From positions 1 to 40,722 of the IMG/VR virus record IMGVR_UViG_3300032355_000002: a stretch of 40,722 nucleotides of DNA; one strand, 5' to 3'. The DNA is from a virus. The first letter of the stretch is position 1; each line of letters begins with the position of its first letter. The translations under genes were made by a program, and so were the position numbers. Under the pieces are notes generated by a model. The model worked only from the letters and a program-made list of their open reading frames with translations. It had not been told where the DNA came from and searched no databases. Below, in pieces: positions 24,395-30,840 of the stretch.

Positions 24395-24723
24395 GCTCTG
24401 CCCTCCGCAATCTCACGCTGAATAGCCAAGCCAAGTGGCGTCAGCCGGTATTGCAACTGCCCGTAAATGCGGCAGCGATGTGCGAAGCCCGGCGCATAGG
24501 CGTGATAGCAAACCGGGTTGTACGGCTGATCGTTCTGCCATTCCGCAACAGCACGGCGGGCCTCGCGGGACAGGTTAAGCAGCGCGATCTTTAGGGTAGC
24601 AGCGTCCGGCGGCGCGAAATCACGATCATGCCGGTACGAGCCAACAGGTGGATACTTCGGGAAGTGGTCCACCTGCTCCACGGCCATCGCCTCCGTGGGG
24701 GCGGGGGTGGTGGGAACGGTCAT
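24391..24723 (-). CDS. Hypothetical protein, 110 aa
   Basis: Seen: I chose ATG 24723, which overlaps the upstream TGA. The track start 24948 would run through the 64-aa gene. The C-terminal ...YRLTPLGLAIQREI resembles the C-terminus of the 26505..26864 product. Confidence 0.55.
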   Translation of the reverse strand: MTVPTTPAPTEAMAVEQVDHFPKYPPVGSYRHDRDFAPPDAATLKIALLNLSREARRAVAEWQNDQPYNPVCYHAYAPGFAHRCRIYGQLQYRLTPLGLAIQREIAEGRA

Positions 24724-24914
24724 GCGAGTACCTGGACAGCGATAGCCGCCTTGATGTCGCGGTAGTTCATTTCGCCGAAGCGGAAGCCGCTGCGGACCTT
24801 GGCGCGACCACCCGGCAGTGTCTCGTACACGGTCCACGTCCGACCGTTCGGGTTGGTCCACGAGGTGCCGATGGTGATGCCAGACTTGTTCACGCTCTTG
24901 CCTCCGAAAGACAT
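24720..24914 (-). CDS. Hypothetical beta-rich small protein, 64 aa
   Basis: Seen: its ATG lies inside a CATATG repeat, with a TTGACGG-N11-GCTCTAAT promoter-like sequence just upstream on this strand. The product is MSFGGKSVNKSGITIGTSWTNPNGRTWTVYETLPGGRAKVRSGFRFGEMNYRDIKAAIAVQVLA. Confidence 0.6.
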   Translation of the reverse strand: MSFGGKSVNKSGITIGTSWTNPNGRTWTVYETLPGGRAKVRSGFRFGEMNYRDIKAAIAVQVLA

Positions 24915-24966
24915 ATGCCGTAATTAGAGCATATGGCTTTCCCGTCAAGCGAAAAGCATATGCCGA
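24907..24966. promoter_or_regulatory. Three CATATG-core repeats in a divergent control region (candidate RHH operators plus an internal leftward promoter)
   Basis: Seen: CATATGCCG at 24912-20 and 24957-65, and GCATATGGC at 24929-37. On the minus strand, TTGACGG (24948-42), an 11-nt spacer and GCTCTAAT (24930-23) sit 8 nt before the ATG at 24914. Confidence 0.45.
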
Positions 24967-25163
24967 ATATATCGACAGCAGCGGGCGCGCCCGCTACGCC
25001 GCGCCGCGTGGGTCGGAAGATGGAGTATCCGGAGAAGCGGGAGGCCGCGTTTGCGTCCGGCACGCTGGCGCGCGTCCAGGCCGTCCTGCGCGACGGAGAG
25101 ACGCAGGTGGCATTTTTCCGTGCTGCCATCGAGCGCGAGCTACAGCGCCGCGAGGGAGCGTAG
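24933..25163 (+). CDS. Ribbon-helix-helix (CopG/Arc-like) DNA-binding protein, on the opposite strand to the surrounding operon
   Basis: Recall: REAAFASGTLARVQAVLRDGETQVAFFRAAIERELQRRE fits the strand-helix-helix RHH pattern. Seen: GC3 is high in this + frame, whereas the overlapping - ORF 24890..25501 is Arg/Ser-rich junk. The start is uncertain (ATG 24933, 24960 or 25020). Confidence 0.6.
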   Translation: MAFPSSEKHMPNISTAAGAPATPRRVGRKMEYPEKREAAFASGTLARVQAVLRDGETQVAFFRAAIERELQRREGA

Positions 25164-25167
25164 GTCA

Positions 25168-25356
25168 TCACCCCTCTCCCGACTGTGCGCGGGCGCGGGC
25201 TCGGGTGTTCCAAGCTGCCTGTGTCAGCTCGATGTAGCCGTGGTTGTTGACACACGATGCCATCGGCACCCGCCCTTGCCGCAACCAGGTGATCGGCATC
25301 CGGCCACAGAAAGGGCACGCCAGCAGACCGCCCTCTTCCACGGGGGCGGCGGTCAC
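25168..25356 (-). CDS. Lar-like (restriction-alleviation family) small Zn-finger protein, 62 aa
   Basis: Recall: LLACPFCG....(about 20 aa)..C.....ELTQAAWNTRA resembles the Lar_restr_allev pattern (kPCPFCGg...C..C...eAi..WNrRa). The second Cys pair is incomplete. Seen: the GTG start overlaps the upstream TGA. Confidence 0.5.
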   Translation of the reverse strand: MTAAPVEEGGLLACPFCGRMPITWLRQGRVPMASCVNNHGYIELTQAAWNTRARARAQSGEG

Positions 25357-25586
25357 TCTCCCGACTCCCAATAGCTGTAGTCGCTTTCTGCACACTCTTC
25401 CGGGGAAAGGCCGAAATCGTCCTCGTAGTAGCTGGGTGCGGTCTCGAGGGCGTAGGGTTCAACCGGCTCGCCCTCGCCATCGGTAGGCCCGGCAAGCTCA
25501 AGCAAGCGGGCCACGAACCGCTCGCAGAACTGCTCCCGCGTCAGCTCCCCCACCTCCCCGGCGCGCGCGTTGGCTTGGGCGGTCAC
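25353..25586 (-). CDS. Highly acidic small protein, 77 aa (19 Asp/Glu vs 4 Arg, no Lys)
   Basis: Seen: my hand count of residues in MTAQANARAGEVGELTREQFCERFVARLLELAGPTDGEGEPVEPYALETAPSYYEDDFGLSPEECAESDYSYWESGE. There are GTGA overlaps at both ends. Confidence 0.6.
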   Translation of the reverse strand: MTAQANARAGEVGELTREQFCERFVARLLELAGPTDGEGEPVEPYALETAPSYYEDDFGLSPEECAESDYSYWESGE

Positions 25587-25975
25587 GAGAGGCGTCCTTC
25601 CGCCTTGGCGATGGCGGCCTTGCCGACCTCATAGGCCTTGCGGGCTTCGGCTATCATGTTCTGATCGCCTTCCACCTTCCGGTTGCTCGCGGCGTCGGGC
25701 GAGAGGAAGTAGAACCACAGGAACTCGACAGCGTTGTGCAGCGCGCTATGCTCGTCCGGTGCGGCGGAGATCAGGCGGGCGTTAGCCTCAATCTCGCCGG
25801 TGGACCGATGGGATGAGGCGACTCGCGCAACCGCTAGATAGCGATCGCCGCCTTCGCGGATGAACCACCCCGCCTCGGGCTCGTAGTCGAAACCGGACGA
25901 ACGCCACGGCCCCGGCGTATGCGCCACGCGCACCTCGTCACCCACGCGGTCCGCCCGCGCGTCGTTATTGTCCAT
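25583..25975 (-). CDS. Hypothetical protein, 130 aa, with TPGPW ... EANARLISAAPD motifs
   Basis: Seen: I chose ATG 25975 (AGGAG upstream) rather than the track start 26089, which overlaps the HNH gene. Recall: the GPW plus ANA.LIAAAP pattern is a recurrent phage protein family of unknown function. Confidence 0.6.
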   Translation of the reverse strand: MDNNDARADRVGDEVRVAHTPGPWRSSGFDYEPEAGWFIREGGDRYLAVARVASSHRSTGEIEANARLISAAPDEHSALHNAVEFLWFYFLSPDAASNRKVEGDQNMIAEARKAYEVGKAAIAKAEGRLS

Positions 25976-26504
25976 GGTCGGGGGCTCCTGAGAATTGCGA
26001 ACGAGCAAACGGGTGTTGCTCAATATATACGCGGCGATTGTACCGCCGGTTATGTTCCTGCTGGCAGATGCGGCACTTGCGGCTTCCACGCGTGACGCAG
26101 AGATTGCTGCCGGCTAGCTCATGGCCGCGCTTGCAGTGCGTCTTACTGGCGTTAACCGCCGTCCAACTGGCGCTGTTCTCAAGCGCGTTAGTCTTCTGGC
26201 TTACCTGCCGAAGGTGAGCAGGGTTGACGCATCGCCTGTTCCGGCAGGTATGGTCAATGACCAAGCCCTGCGCCAGCACGCCGCCATGCACCACGAAGCT
26301 GATACGGTGGGCGAGGGCATTGCTGCCGGTGGGCGTCGTCGTGCGACCGTAACCGTTTGGCGAGATGAACCCGGTCCACTCCCAGCATTCATCTGCGCCC
26401 GCTCGGTTGACCTTGCGCCAGAAACGCTCCTCAACCGAGCCGTTCTTCCGCTCTTGCTTGACGTAGCTGGCAGTCAGCCAGGAGGCCGACGTTGACGCGA
26501 CCAT
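25965..26504 (-). CDS. HNH endonuclease (HNH_3 type) with C-terminal Zn-ribbon, 179 aa
   Basis: Recall: CWEWTG...NGYGR...AHRISF...VIDHTCRNRRCVNPAHLRQVS is the HNH_3 signature. It is followed by KTHCKRGHELAGSNL...RKCRIC. Seen: its ATG directly abuts the upstream TAA. Confidence 0.8.
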   Translation of the reverse strand: MVASTSASWLTASYVKQERKNGSVEERFWRKVNRAGADECWEWTGFISPNGYGRTTTPTGSNALAHRISFVVHGGVLAQGLVIDHTCRNRRCVNPAHLRQVSQKTNALENSASWTAVNASKTHCKRGHELAGSNLCVTRGSRKCRICQQEHNRRYNRRVYIEQHPFARSQFSGAPDHGQ

Positions 26505-26864
26505 TTACCCATTCTCCCGGTGGAGGAGGTAGGTGCGGAGGGCCTTGCCGACTGGCGTAAGCTCGCAGACGTAGCCGTACAGGCGTCGGACGATCCTGAG
26601 GGCGTCAAAGCCATAAGTCGCCACGTTCCAGCGACCCTCGACCAACGCTAGGCGCTGCTCAGGGCTAAGTTTTGCCGCCAGCGCCTCGATCTCCGCGTCA
26701 GGGAGCAGATCGGTGGGGGCTGGCCGAACCCAACTGTCGCACTGACCCGGCCGAGCATCTATGCGGTCTATATGACCGTCCTTGATGTGGCCGCAGTCAG
26801 CGCACGGCACGGCGCCATCCGCCACCCCCCGTCCCTCAACGGGTGAGACGATAGGGGATGTCAC
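26505..26864 (-). CDS. Hypothetical protein, 119 aa
   Basis: Seen: I chose the GTG that overlaps the upstream TGA (the track start is 26987). There is a Cys/His cluster (CADCGHIKDGH) and a C-terminal ...CELTPVGKALRTYLL. Confidence 0.55.
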   Translation of the reverse strand: MTSPIVSPVEGRGVADGAVPCADCGHIKDGHIDRIDARPGQCDSWVRPAPTDLLPDAEIEALAAKLSPEQRLALVEGRWNVATYGFDALRIVRRLYGYVCELTPVGKALRTYLLHRENG

Positions 26865-27172
26865 AGGGAGGGGTCCCGTGCTGGCGGGGTGGGAAGGGGA
26901 TGCCAGTAGGCGGCGCAGGTTTCGTGCTCCGCCTCCCCTATGTCCATTTCCCATGAGGGCGCTGACCACGATGGGGCGAACCACCAACCGAGCAACACCA
27001 GTTCATCCCGCGGCGCTGTCTCAATCGGCTGCCAGCCCATGTCCCGCTGAGCAGCGAAGCTCTCCAGCGCCGCACGGATTTCCTGAGCACCCTCCGGGCT
27101 GAACTTGATCGGGATGTTGCGGAACGCCTCGTTGAGGAAAGCGGCGAACGCTTCGTCGGTTACGACCTTCAC
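26861..27172 (-). CDS. DUF551-like small protein, 103 aa
   Basis: Seen: I chose the GTG that overlaps the upstream TGA. The long track ORF to 27586 is an out-of-frame extension through the Ea22-like gene. It contains GWQPIETAPRDELVLLGWW. Confidence 0.6.
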   Translation of the reverse strand: MKVVTDEAFAAFLNEAFRNIPIKFSPEGAQEIRAALESFAAQRDMGWQPIETAPRDELVLLGWWFAPSWSAPSWEMDIGEAEHETCAAYWHPLPTPPARDPSL

Positions 27173-27738
27173 TCCGCCCTTCCCTTCGAGAGAGCGGCGC
27201 GGGCGGCGATCCCAGCAGCCGTGTTGTTGCCAGCCGCTATCCGCTCCAACACCTCCCGCAACCCCGCTTCCCTCTCCTGCGATGCCGCAAGGGCCGCCTG
27301 CGATGCCGTGGCCGCGTGCGCGATCAGGTTGAGGGCAATGTGCGAAGGGACGCTGACTTGATGCCCGTCGCGAAGCGCTGTTGCATCCCAATCGCGGTCC
27401 GCCTTCCGCAGCTCTGCCACCAGCCCGGCGCGCGCATCTTCCCACGCCGGGCTGCCGGGATCGACCAACAGTCCGCGCAGCCGCTCTACCTCCGCCTGCG
27501 CTTCCTCTAGGCGGAGGAGGAGGGGTTCGAGCGCGTTGACGGCGGCGACGATCAGGGCAGCGTTGGCCTTGTCTGCGTCGCTGCAACGCTGCCAGTAAGG
27601 CGTGCCGGTAGTATCGGCGATAGTGCGGCCGGGGGCATGTATGCTAGTCACGCTATCGCCAAGACGCGTCTGCCATTCGCCCGGCGTCGCATTCGCCAGC
27701 AGCCCCCTCAGAGCAGCTACATTCACGGTGTCGGTCAT
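27169..27738 (-). CDS. Ead/Ea22-like protein, 189 aa
   Basis: Recall: the N-terminal LRGLLANATPGEWQ... with ANAALIVAAVNALEPLL and a coiled-coil tail is the pattern I associate with the Ead/Ea22 family of lambdoid early-left genes. Confidence 0.55.
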   Translation of the reverse strand: MTDTVNVAALRGLLANATPGEWQTRLGDSVTSIHAPGRTIADTTGTPYWQRCSDADKANAALIVAAVNALEPLLLRLEEAQAEVERLRGLLVDPGSPAWEDARAGLVAELRKADRDWDATALRDGHQVSVPSHIALNLIAHAATASQAALAASQEREAGLREVLERIAAGNNTAAGIAARAALSKGRAE

Positions 27739-28142
27739 GCGGCACTCCGAAGATCAGGGTGGGGCTCCGACCAGCGCACGCCGTGCTGCCCACCGTAGGC
27801 GTAGATCGCCTCGATAAGGTCGGAGAACTCGGCTTTGCGGAGCCGGGAGGACTTGAAGCCGAGCGGCACGACACCTTGACCGTCCAGCGTCGGCTCGAAG
27901 CTGCACTTAAAGCCCGCCTCGTGCATGAACAGGGCCTTCCACGCCTCGGTGGACAGCACCCGGCCGCACGGCTTGGCGCGGGCCACGTCGGACAGCATCG
28001 CGTGCATCTTGGCGTTTTGATCCAGCGTGCGGGCGGCTTCAGCGATGTTCACCACCGCCCCGGCCGGCGCCGCGTCGATCAGACGCTTCGCGAGGTGCCG
28101 CTGCACGTCGCCTGCGAGGATGACGGTTTGACCCTTAGCCAT
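27735..28142 (-). CDS. ninB: NinB/Orf-family recombination mediator, 135 aa
   Basis: Recall: RTLDQNAKMHAMLSDVARAKPCGRVLSTEAWKALFM matches the NinB signature (RSl.QN...wa.L.Dia.q..w.G.k.s.e.WK.l). Confidence 0.7.
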   Translation of the reverse strand: MAKGQTVILAGDVQRHLAKRLIDAAPAGAVVNIAEAARTLDQNAKMHAMLSDVARAKPCGRVLSTEAWKALFMHEAGFKCSFEPTLDGQGVVPLGFKSSRLRKAEFSDLIEAIYAYGGQHGVRWSEPHPDLRSAA

Positions 28143-28491
28143 GAGCCGCCTCCATCATTTGAGACTGTCGCCAGAGCGCGTTTGCTACCTCCAGCAGGTC
28201 AATGCCGTAGGTGGCCGTGAACCCCGCGTGGCCCAGCGCCTCGACACTCTCGTGCGGGCCGAACTGGATCATGTGGTGACGCGGGCAGAGCGGCGCTGTC
28301 CGGCTATGGACGCGCGCGAGCCGCTGGTGGCCGTCGCTGGTGACGTGGTGGATCGTAGGCTCCGAGCCGCAAACGAGGCAGCCCATGGCCGCTAGCCGGC
28401 CCAAGTGGCGGCGCTCGACGGCCGTGGTCGCCTTGCGACGAGAGGGGCGCATGGGCTTGCTGCGGGTGAGCGTGGCGGTGCGGGCGAGCAT
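28135..28491 (-). CDS. Ref/DUF968-like HNH-type nuclease, 118 aa
   Basis: Recall: CLVCGSEPTIHHV...PLCPRHHM resembles the P1 Ref / DUF968 Zn-HNH core (C..CG...e.HH....pLC..HH). It lies next to the annealase. Confidence 0.5.
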   Translation of the reverse strand: MLARTATLTRSKPMRPSRRKATTAVERRHLGRLAAMGCLVCGSEPTIHHVTSDGHQRLARVHSRTAPLCPRHHMIQFGPHESVEALGHAGFTATYGIDLLEVANALWRQSQMMEAAHG

Positions 28492-29177
28492 CAGGCCGCC
28501 TCCCGGTCTTGGGTCAGGCGGTTAGTGAGGTTCCTGCGCAACGCCTCGAACCGGGCCGCCGGCAACTCGCGTAACGAAGGCACGCTGTAGTGCCGGCAAA
28601 TCGCCGCCGCGTCGCTACCCGTCTGACTGACAAGCGTCGTCAGTTCAGACCACTGGTGGCCATCTACCACGGCCGCATTGGCAGCCGCTGGGAGCGGAGA
28701 AGAGACGGCGGTTGGACGGCTACCGAGTGCGTCACGTAGCTTACGCTCGCCAGCGGTGGTCCACTTCTTCCAATGCTTTTTGCCGTTGCGCTCGTAGGTC
28801 TCGCATTCGGCCCACACGGCGTCTAGATCATAGAGGTAGCGCCCGACGCCCCACTTCACAGCCGCGCGCTTGAAAGCGTCGCTCAGGCCGCCCTTGGCTC
28901 CCTCAACGTCCGTATCGCCGGCCCCGTCCGCCTTGCTCACCCAAGCGTCGCCGATGCGTATTGCGATGGTGCCGATCACCCGACCCTTGGCCGTTTCAGC
29001 GTAGCTATCCGACCAGTTCTCGGGGCCGCACACCTCGTCCAAACGGCGCATCACGTCGCGAGCGTCGATGTACGCCAAGGCCATGGCGGAGTTGCCGGCC
29101 TGATTTAGTGTCTGTGCGCGCCAGCTAACGGCATCTGCCGGAAAAGGGGCGGCGAGGGCGGCAGCGTCGAAGCTCAC
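28491..29177 (-). CDS. Rad52/Sak-like single-strand annealing protein, 228 aa
   Basis: Recall: FPADAVSWRAQ...AMALAYIDARDVMRRLDEVCGPENWSDSY is the Rad52_Rad22/Sak N-terminal signature. Seen: I chose the GTG that overlaps the upstream TGA. The track extension to 29453 is Arg-rich and overlaps the previous gene. Confidence 0.75.
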   Translation of the reverse strand: MSFDAAALAAPFPADAVSWRAQTLNQAGNSAMALAYIDARDVMRRLDEVCGPENWSDSYAETAKGRVIGTIAIRIGDAWVSKADGAGDTDVEGAKGGLSDAFKRAAVKWGVGRYLYDLDAVWAECETYERNGKKHWKKWTTAGERKLRDALGSRPTAVSSPLPAAANAAVVDGHQWSELTTLVSQTGSDAAAICRHYSVPSLRELPAARFEALRRNLTNRLTQDREAA

Positions 29178-29665
29178 TTGCGCCTCACGGTGAGAGAGGG
29201 AACAGGAGCCGTGCGGACCAGCCAGTTCGGCAGATCGTCGGCGTTCTCGTAGGCGGCGTTGATCGCGCGCTTGTCCGGCGTGCGCTTCACCACCTGGAAC
29301 TGATCGGGCACCGCGTCGTCGGACACGATGGACAGCTTGGGCTTGCCGTCGCTGACGCTCAGAGTGGCTTCGGGAAGTTGGACCTTCGGCAGCCCGGTCG
29401 CGCGGATCACGGCGGCCATGCCGTTGCGAAGCTGCGCGATACGCCCCTCGCAACGATCCCGGCGAGCCTTGCGGGCGTCCATCTGCTCAGTCAGCGCTGC
29501 CTTGTCGCCTTCCTCGCGCTCAACAGCGTTCAGGAGCCGGCGCAGCACCTCGTGAGCGTCGGTCTCGCCTTCCAGCATATCGGCCAACAAGCGGTCGTCG
29601 TCAGCTTCGTCAGCGAGCGTGAGGCGCACGGCCTCAATCTGTGCCAGGGTGAGGTCAAGCAGCAT
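29174..29665 (-). CDS. Sipho_Gp157-like protein, 163 aa (recombinase-associated)
   Basis: Recall: the architecture fits Gp157-family proteins found beside Sak/Rad52 annealases. It has an acidic N-terminal helix, a central coiled coil, and a C-terminal ...VPDQFQVVKRTPDKRAINAAYENADDLPNWLV...SLTVRRK. Seen: ATG 29665 with GGGAGG upstream. Confidence 0.6.
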   Translation of the reverse strand: MLLDLTLAQIEAVRLTLADEADDDRLLADMLEGETDAHEVLRRLLNAVEREEGDKAALTEQMDARKARRDRCEGRIAQLRNGMAAVIRATGLPKVQLPEATLSVSDGKPKLSIVSDDAVPDQFQVVKRTPDKRAINAAYENADDLPNWLVRTAPVPSLTVRRK

Positions 29666-29819
29666 CGGCCACCTCCCGTGCCTGAACGATGATCGCGCGG
29701 ACGCGCCGTCGATAGAACGACAGGTCGCTGTGGCGAACGCGCCAGTAGTGGCGGACCATGGTGGCAAGGGGCGCCATGCCGTAGCCGGTGCCGACCTGAA
29801 CGGATGCGAGTGCGGTCAT
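29655..29819 (-). CDS. Hypothetical small protein, 54 aa
   Basis: Seen: I chose ATG 29819, which overlaps the upstream TGA. The track N-terminal extension is Gly/Arg-rich. Confidence 0.4.
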   Translation of the reverse strand: MTALASVQVGTGYGMAPLATMVRHYWRVRHSDLSFYRRRVRAIIVQAREVADAA

Positions 29820-30106
29820 GCCAGCGCCTCGCGCAGCCAAGCCACGGCGGGCACCACCAGCTCCATCGCCACCGCGTAGAGGATCACCCCCATGCAAAGG
29901 GCGCTGGCAAGGAAGACCAGCCCGACAGTGAGCAACTTGAAAGCGTGCGTGTCGGTGAAGTCGCGGCGGTCGCTAGCAAGAGGCGCTGATGCTCGATGCC
30001 ACCCACTGTCCGTCACCGAGCCGTGCTTGATGCCGCTGGCAGTGACGTGCTGCGGCTGGGCAGGGGTGACGCGGTGCGTGTTGGTGCGGATCAGGGGCGC
30101 GCTCAC
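29816..30106 (-). CDS. Small membrane protein, 96 aa, with a C-terminal TM region
   Basis: Seen: the GTG overlaps the upstream TGA. The hydrophobic stretch is FKLLTVGLVFLASALCMGVILYAVAMELVV. Confidence 0.5.
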   Translation of the reverse strand: MSAPLIRTNTHRVTPAQPQHVTASGIKHGSVTDSGWHRASAPLASDRRDFTDTHAFKLLTVGLVFLASALCMGVILYAVAMELVVPAVAWLREALA

Positions 30107-30441
30107 AGCCCGCGCCCCATGAAGGCGCCCAGACGCTCGATGCGCTGGCCGATGTGGGCGATGGCGGCGTTCAGTTCGCGCTCGCGCTGCAAGTCGTCCT
30201 TGGCGCGGCAAATCTCGTCGTCGGCGCGGCGCAGCAACTCCGTGAACCGATCCTCGGCGCGGCGCTGATAGCCGTCCGTCTGCTCATCGCACGACGGGCA
30301 GTAGCAGCGGGCGAAGCTGCGCTCGGTGTCGCACCCGTAGCAGAAGAAGGGCTCGCTCGCGTCGTCCACGCTGCGCTGCCACTGACGAGCGCGCGTACCC
30401 TGGGGGATCGGATCGGGCTGGATGGGGGTGAAGGCGTTCAT
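30103..30441 (-). CDS. Hypothetical Cys-rich (CxxC...CxxC) protein, 112 aa
   Basis: Seen: FFCYGCDTERSFARCYCPSCDE followed by a charged helical tail. ATGA overlap upstream. Confidence 0.6.
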   Translation of the reverse strand: MNAFTPIQPDPIPQGTRARQWQRSVDDASEPFFCYGCDTERSFARCYCPSCDEQTDGYQRRAEDRFTELLRRADDEICRAKDDLQRERELNAAIAHIGQRIERLGAFMGRGL

Positions 30442-30752
30442 GCCGCCGCCTCGCCGAACTGCAGATCAGTGTTCGCGCCGACGACCTTCTCGATACATAA
30501 CAGAGAATAGGCCGCAGCAGTTTCACGAACTCGAACGGCGCTTGCTCGATGCCGAGGATGGTAGAACACCTCAGGCTTGAGCCCGTCCTTAGCCATATGG
30601 CCGAGGACGCCATCCTTTACAGCGGCCCGAAGGTCGGCTCGTACTCTGGCAGGCACCTTACCATTGATGGTCCGAGTGCCGGAGGAGAGTATCTGGGCTA
30701 CGTTCGGCCCGTAGGCGTCGCTGTAGCCATTCGCGCTGACTTCTCGTGCCAT
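30438..30752 (-). CDS. Hypothetical protein, 104 aa, first gene of the early-left operon
   Basis: Seen: ATG with GGAGG 6 nt upstream, about 40 nt downstream of the PL-like promoter. No family recognised. Confidence 0.65.
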   Translation of the reverse strand: MAREVSANGYSDAYGPNVAQILSSGTRTINGKVPARVRADLRAAVKDGVLGHMAKDGLKPEVFYHPRHRASAVRVRETAAAYSLLCIEKVVGANTDLQFGEAAA

Positions 30753-30787
30753 CGGTGCCTCCTGCCCTGGGGTAGGGCGATGGAGGC

Positions 30788-30816
30788 AAGCTAGGCGTGT
30801 GTGCCTACATGGTCAA
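30788..30816 (-). promoter_or_regulatory. Candidate early-left promoter (PL-like): TTGACC - 17 nt - TAGCTT on the minus strand
   Basis: Seen: the -35 is the reverse complement of ggtcaa (30811-16) and the -10 is the reverse complement of aagcta (30788-93). Operator 30792-30807 covers the spacer and the -10. Confidence 0.45.
30792..30807. promoter_or_regulatory. Operator OL-a: TAGGCGTGTGTGCCTA (TAGGC-N6-GCCTA)
   Basis: Seen: 5-bp perfect inverted arms, with the same architecture as the other three sites. Confidence 0.6.
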
Positions 30817-30824
30817 GCGCTATT

Positions 30825-30840
30825 TAGGCGCGCGTGCCTA
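30825..30840. promoter_or_regulatory. Operator OL-b: TAGGCGCGCGTGCCTA, identical to the 16-mer at 31960-31975
   Basis: Seen: an exact 16/16 repeat 1.1 kb away from its twin. It overlaps the stop codon of the lipoprotein gene. Confidence 0.65.

Noticed and set aside
24890-25501. 203-aa minus-strand ORF spanning the RHH / Lar-like region
   Set aside because: It is Arg/Ser-rich and overlaps the Lar-like gene out of frame. In 24933-25163 the + frame has the coding-like GC3 and a recognisable RHH fold pattern.
26861-27586. Long N-terminal extensions of several track ORFs (26861..27586, 28491..29453, 29174..29767, 18099..18770, 25583..26089, 24391..24948, 34952..35347, 35424..35780, 39746..40216)
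   Set aside because: The extensions run out of frame through the upstream, better-supported gene and are Arg/Gly/Pro-rich. In each case an internal ATG or GTG at or near the upstream stop, often with an RBS, gives a compact non-overlapping gene.
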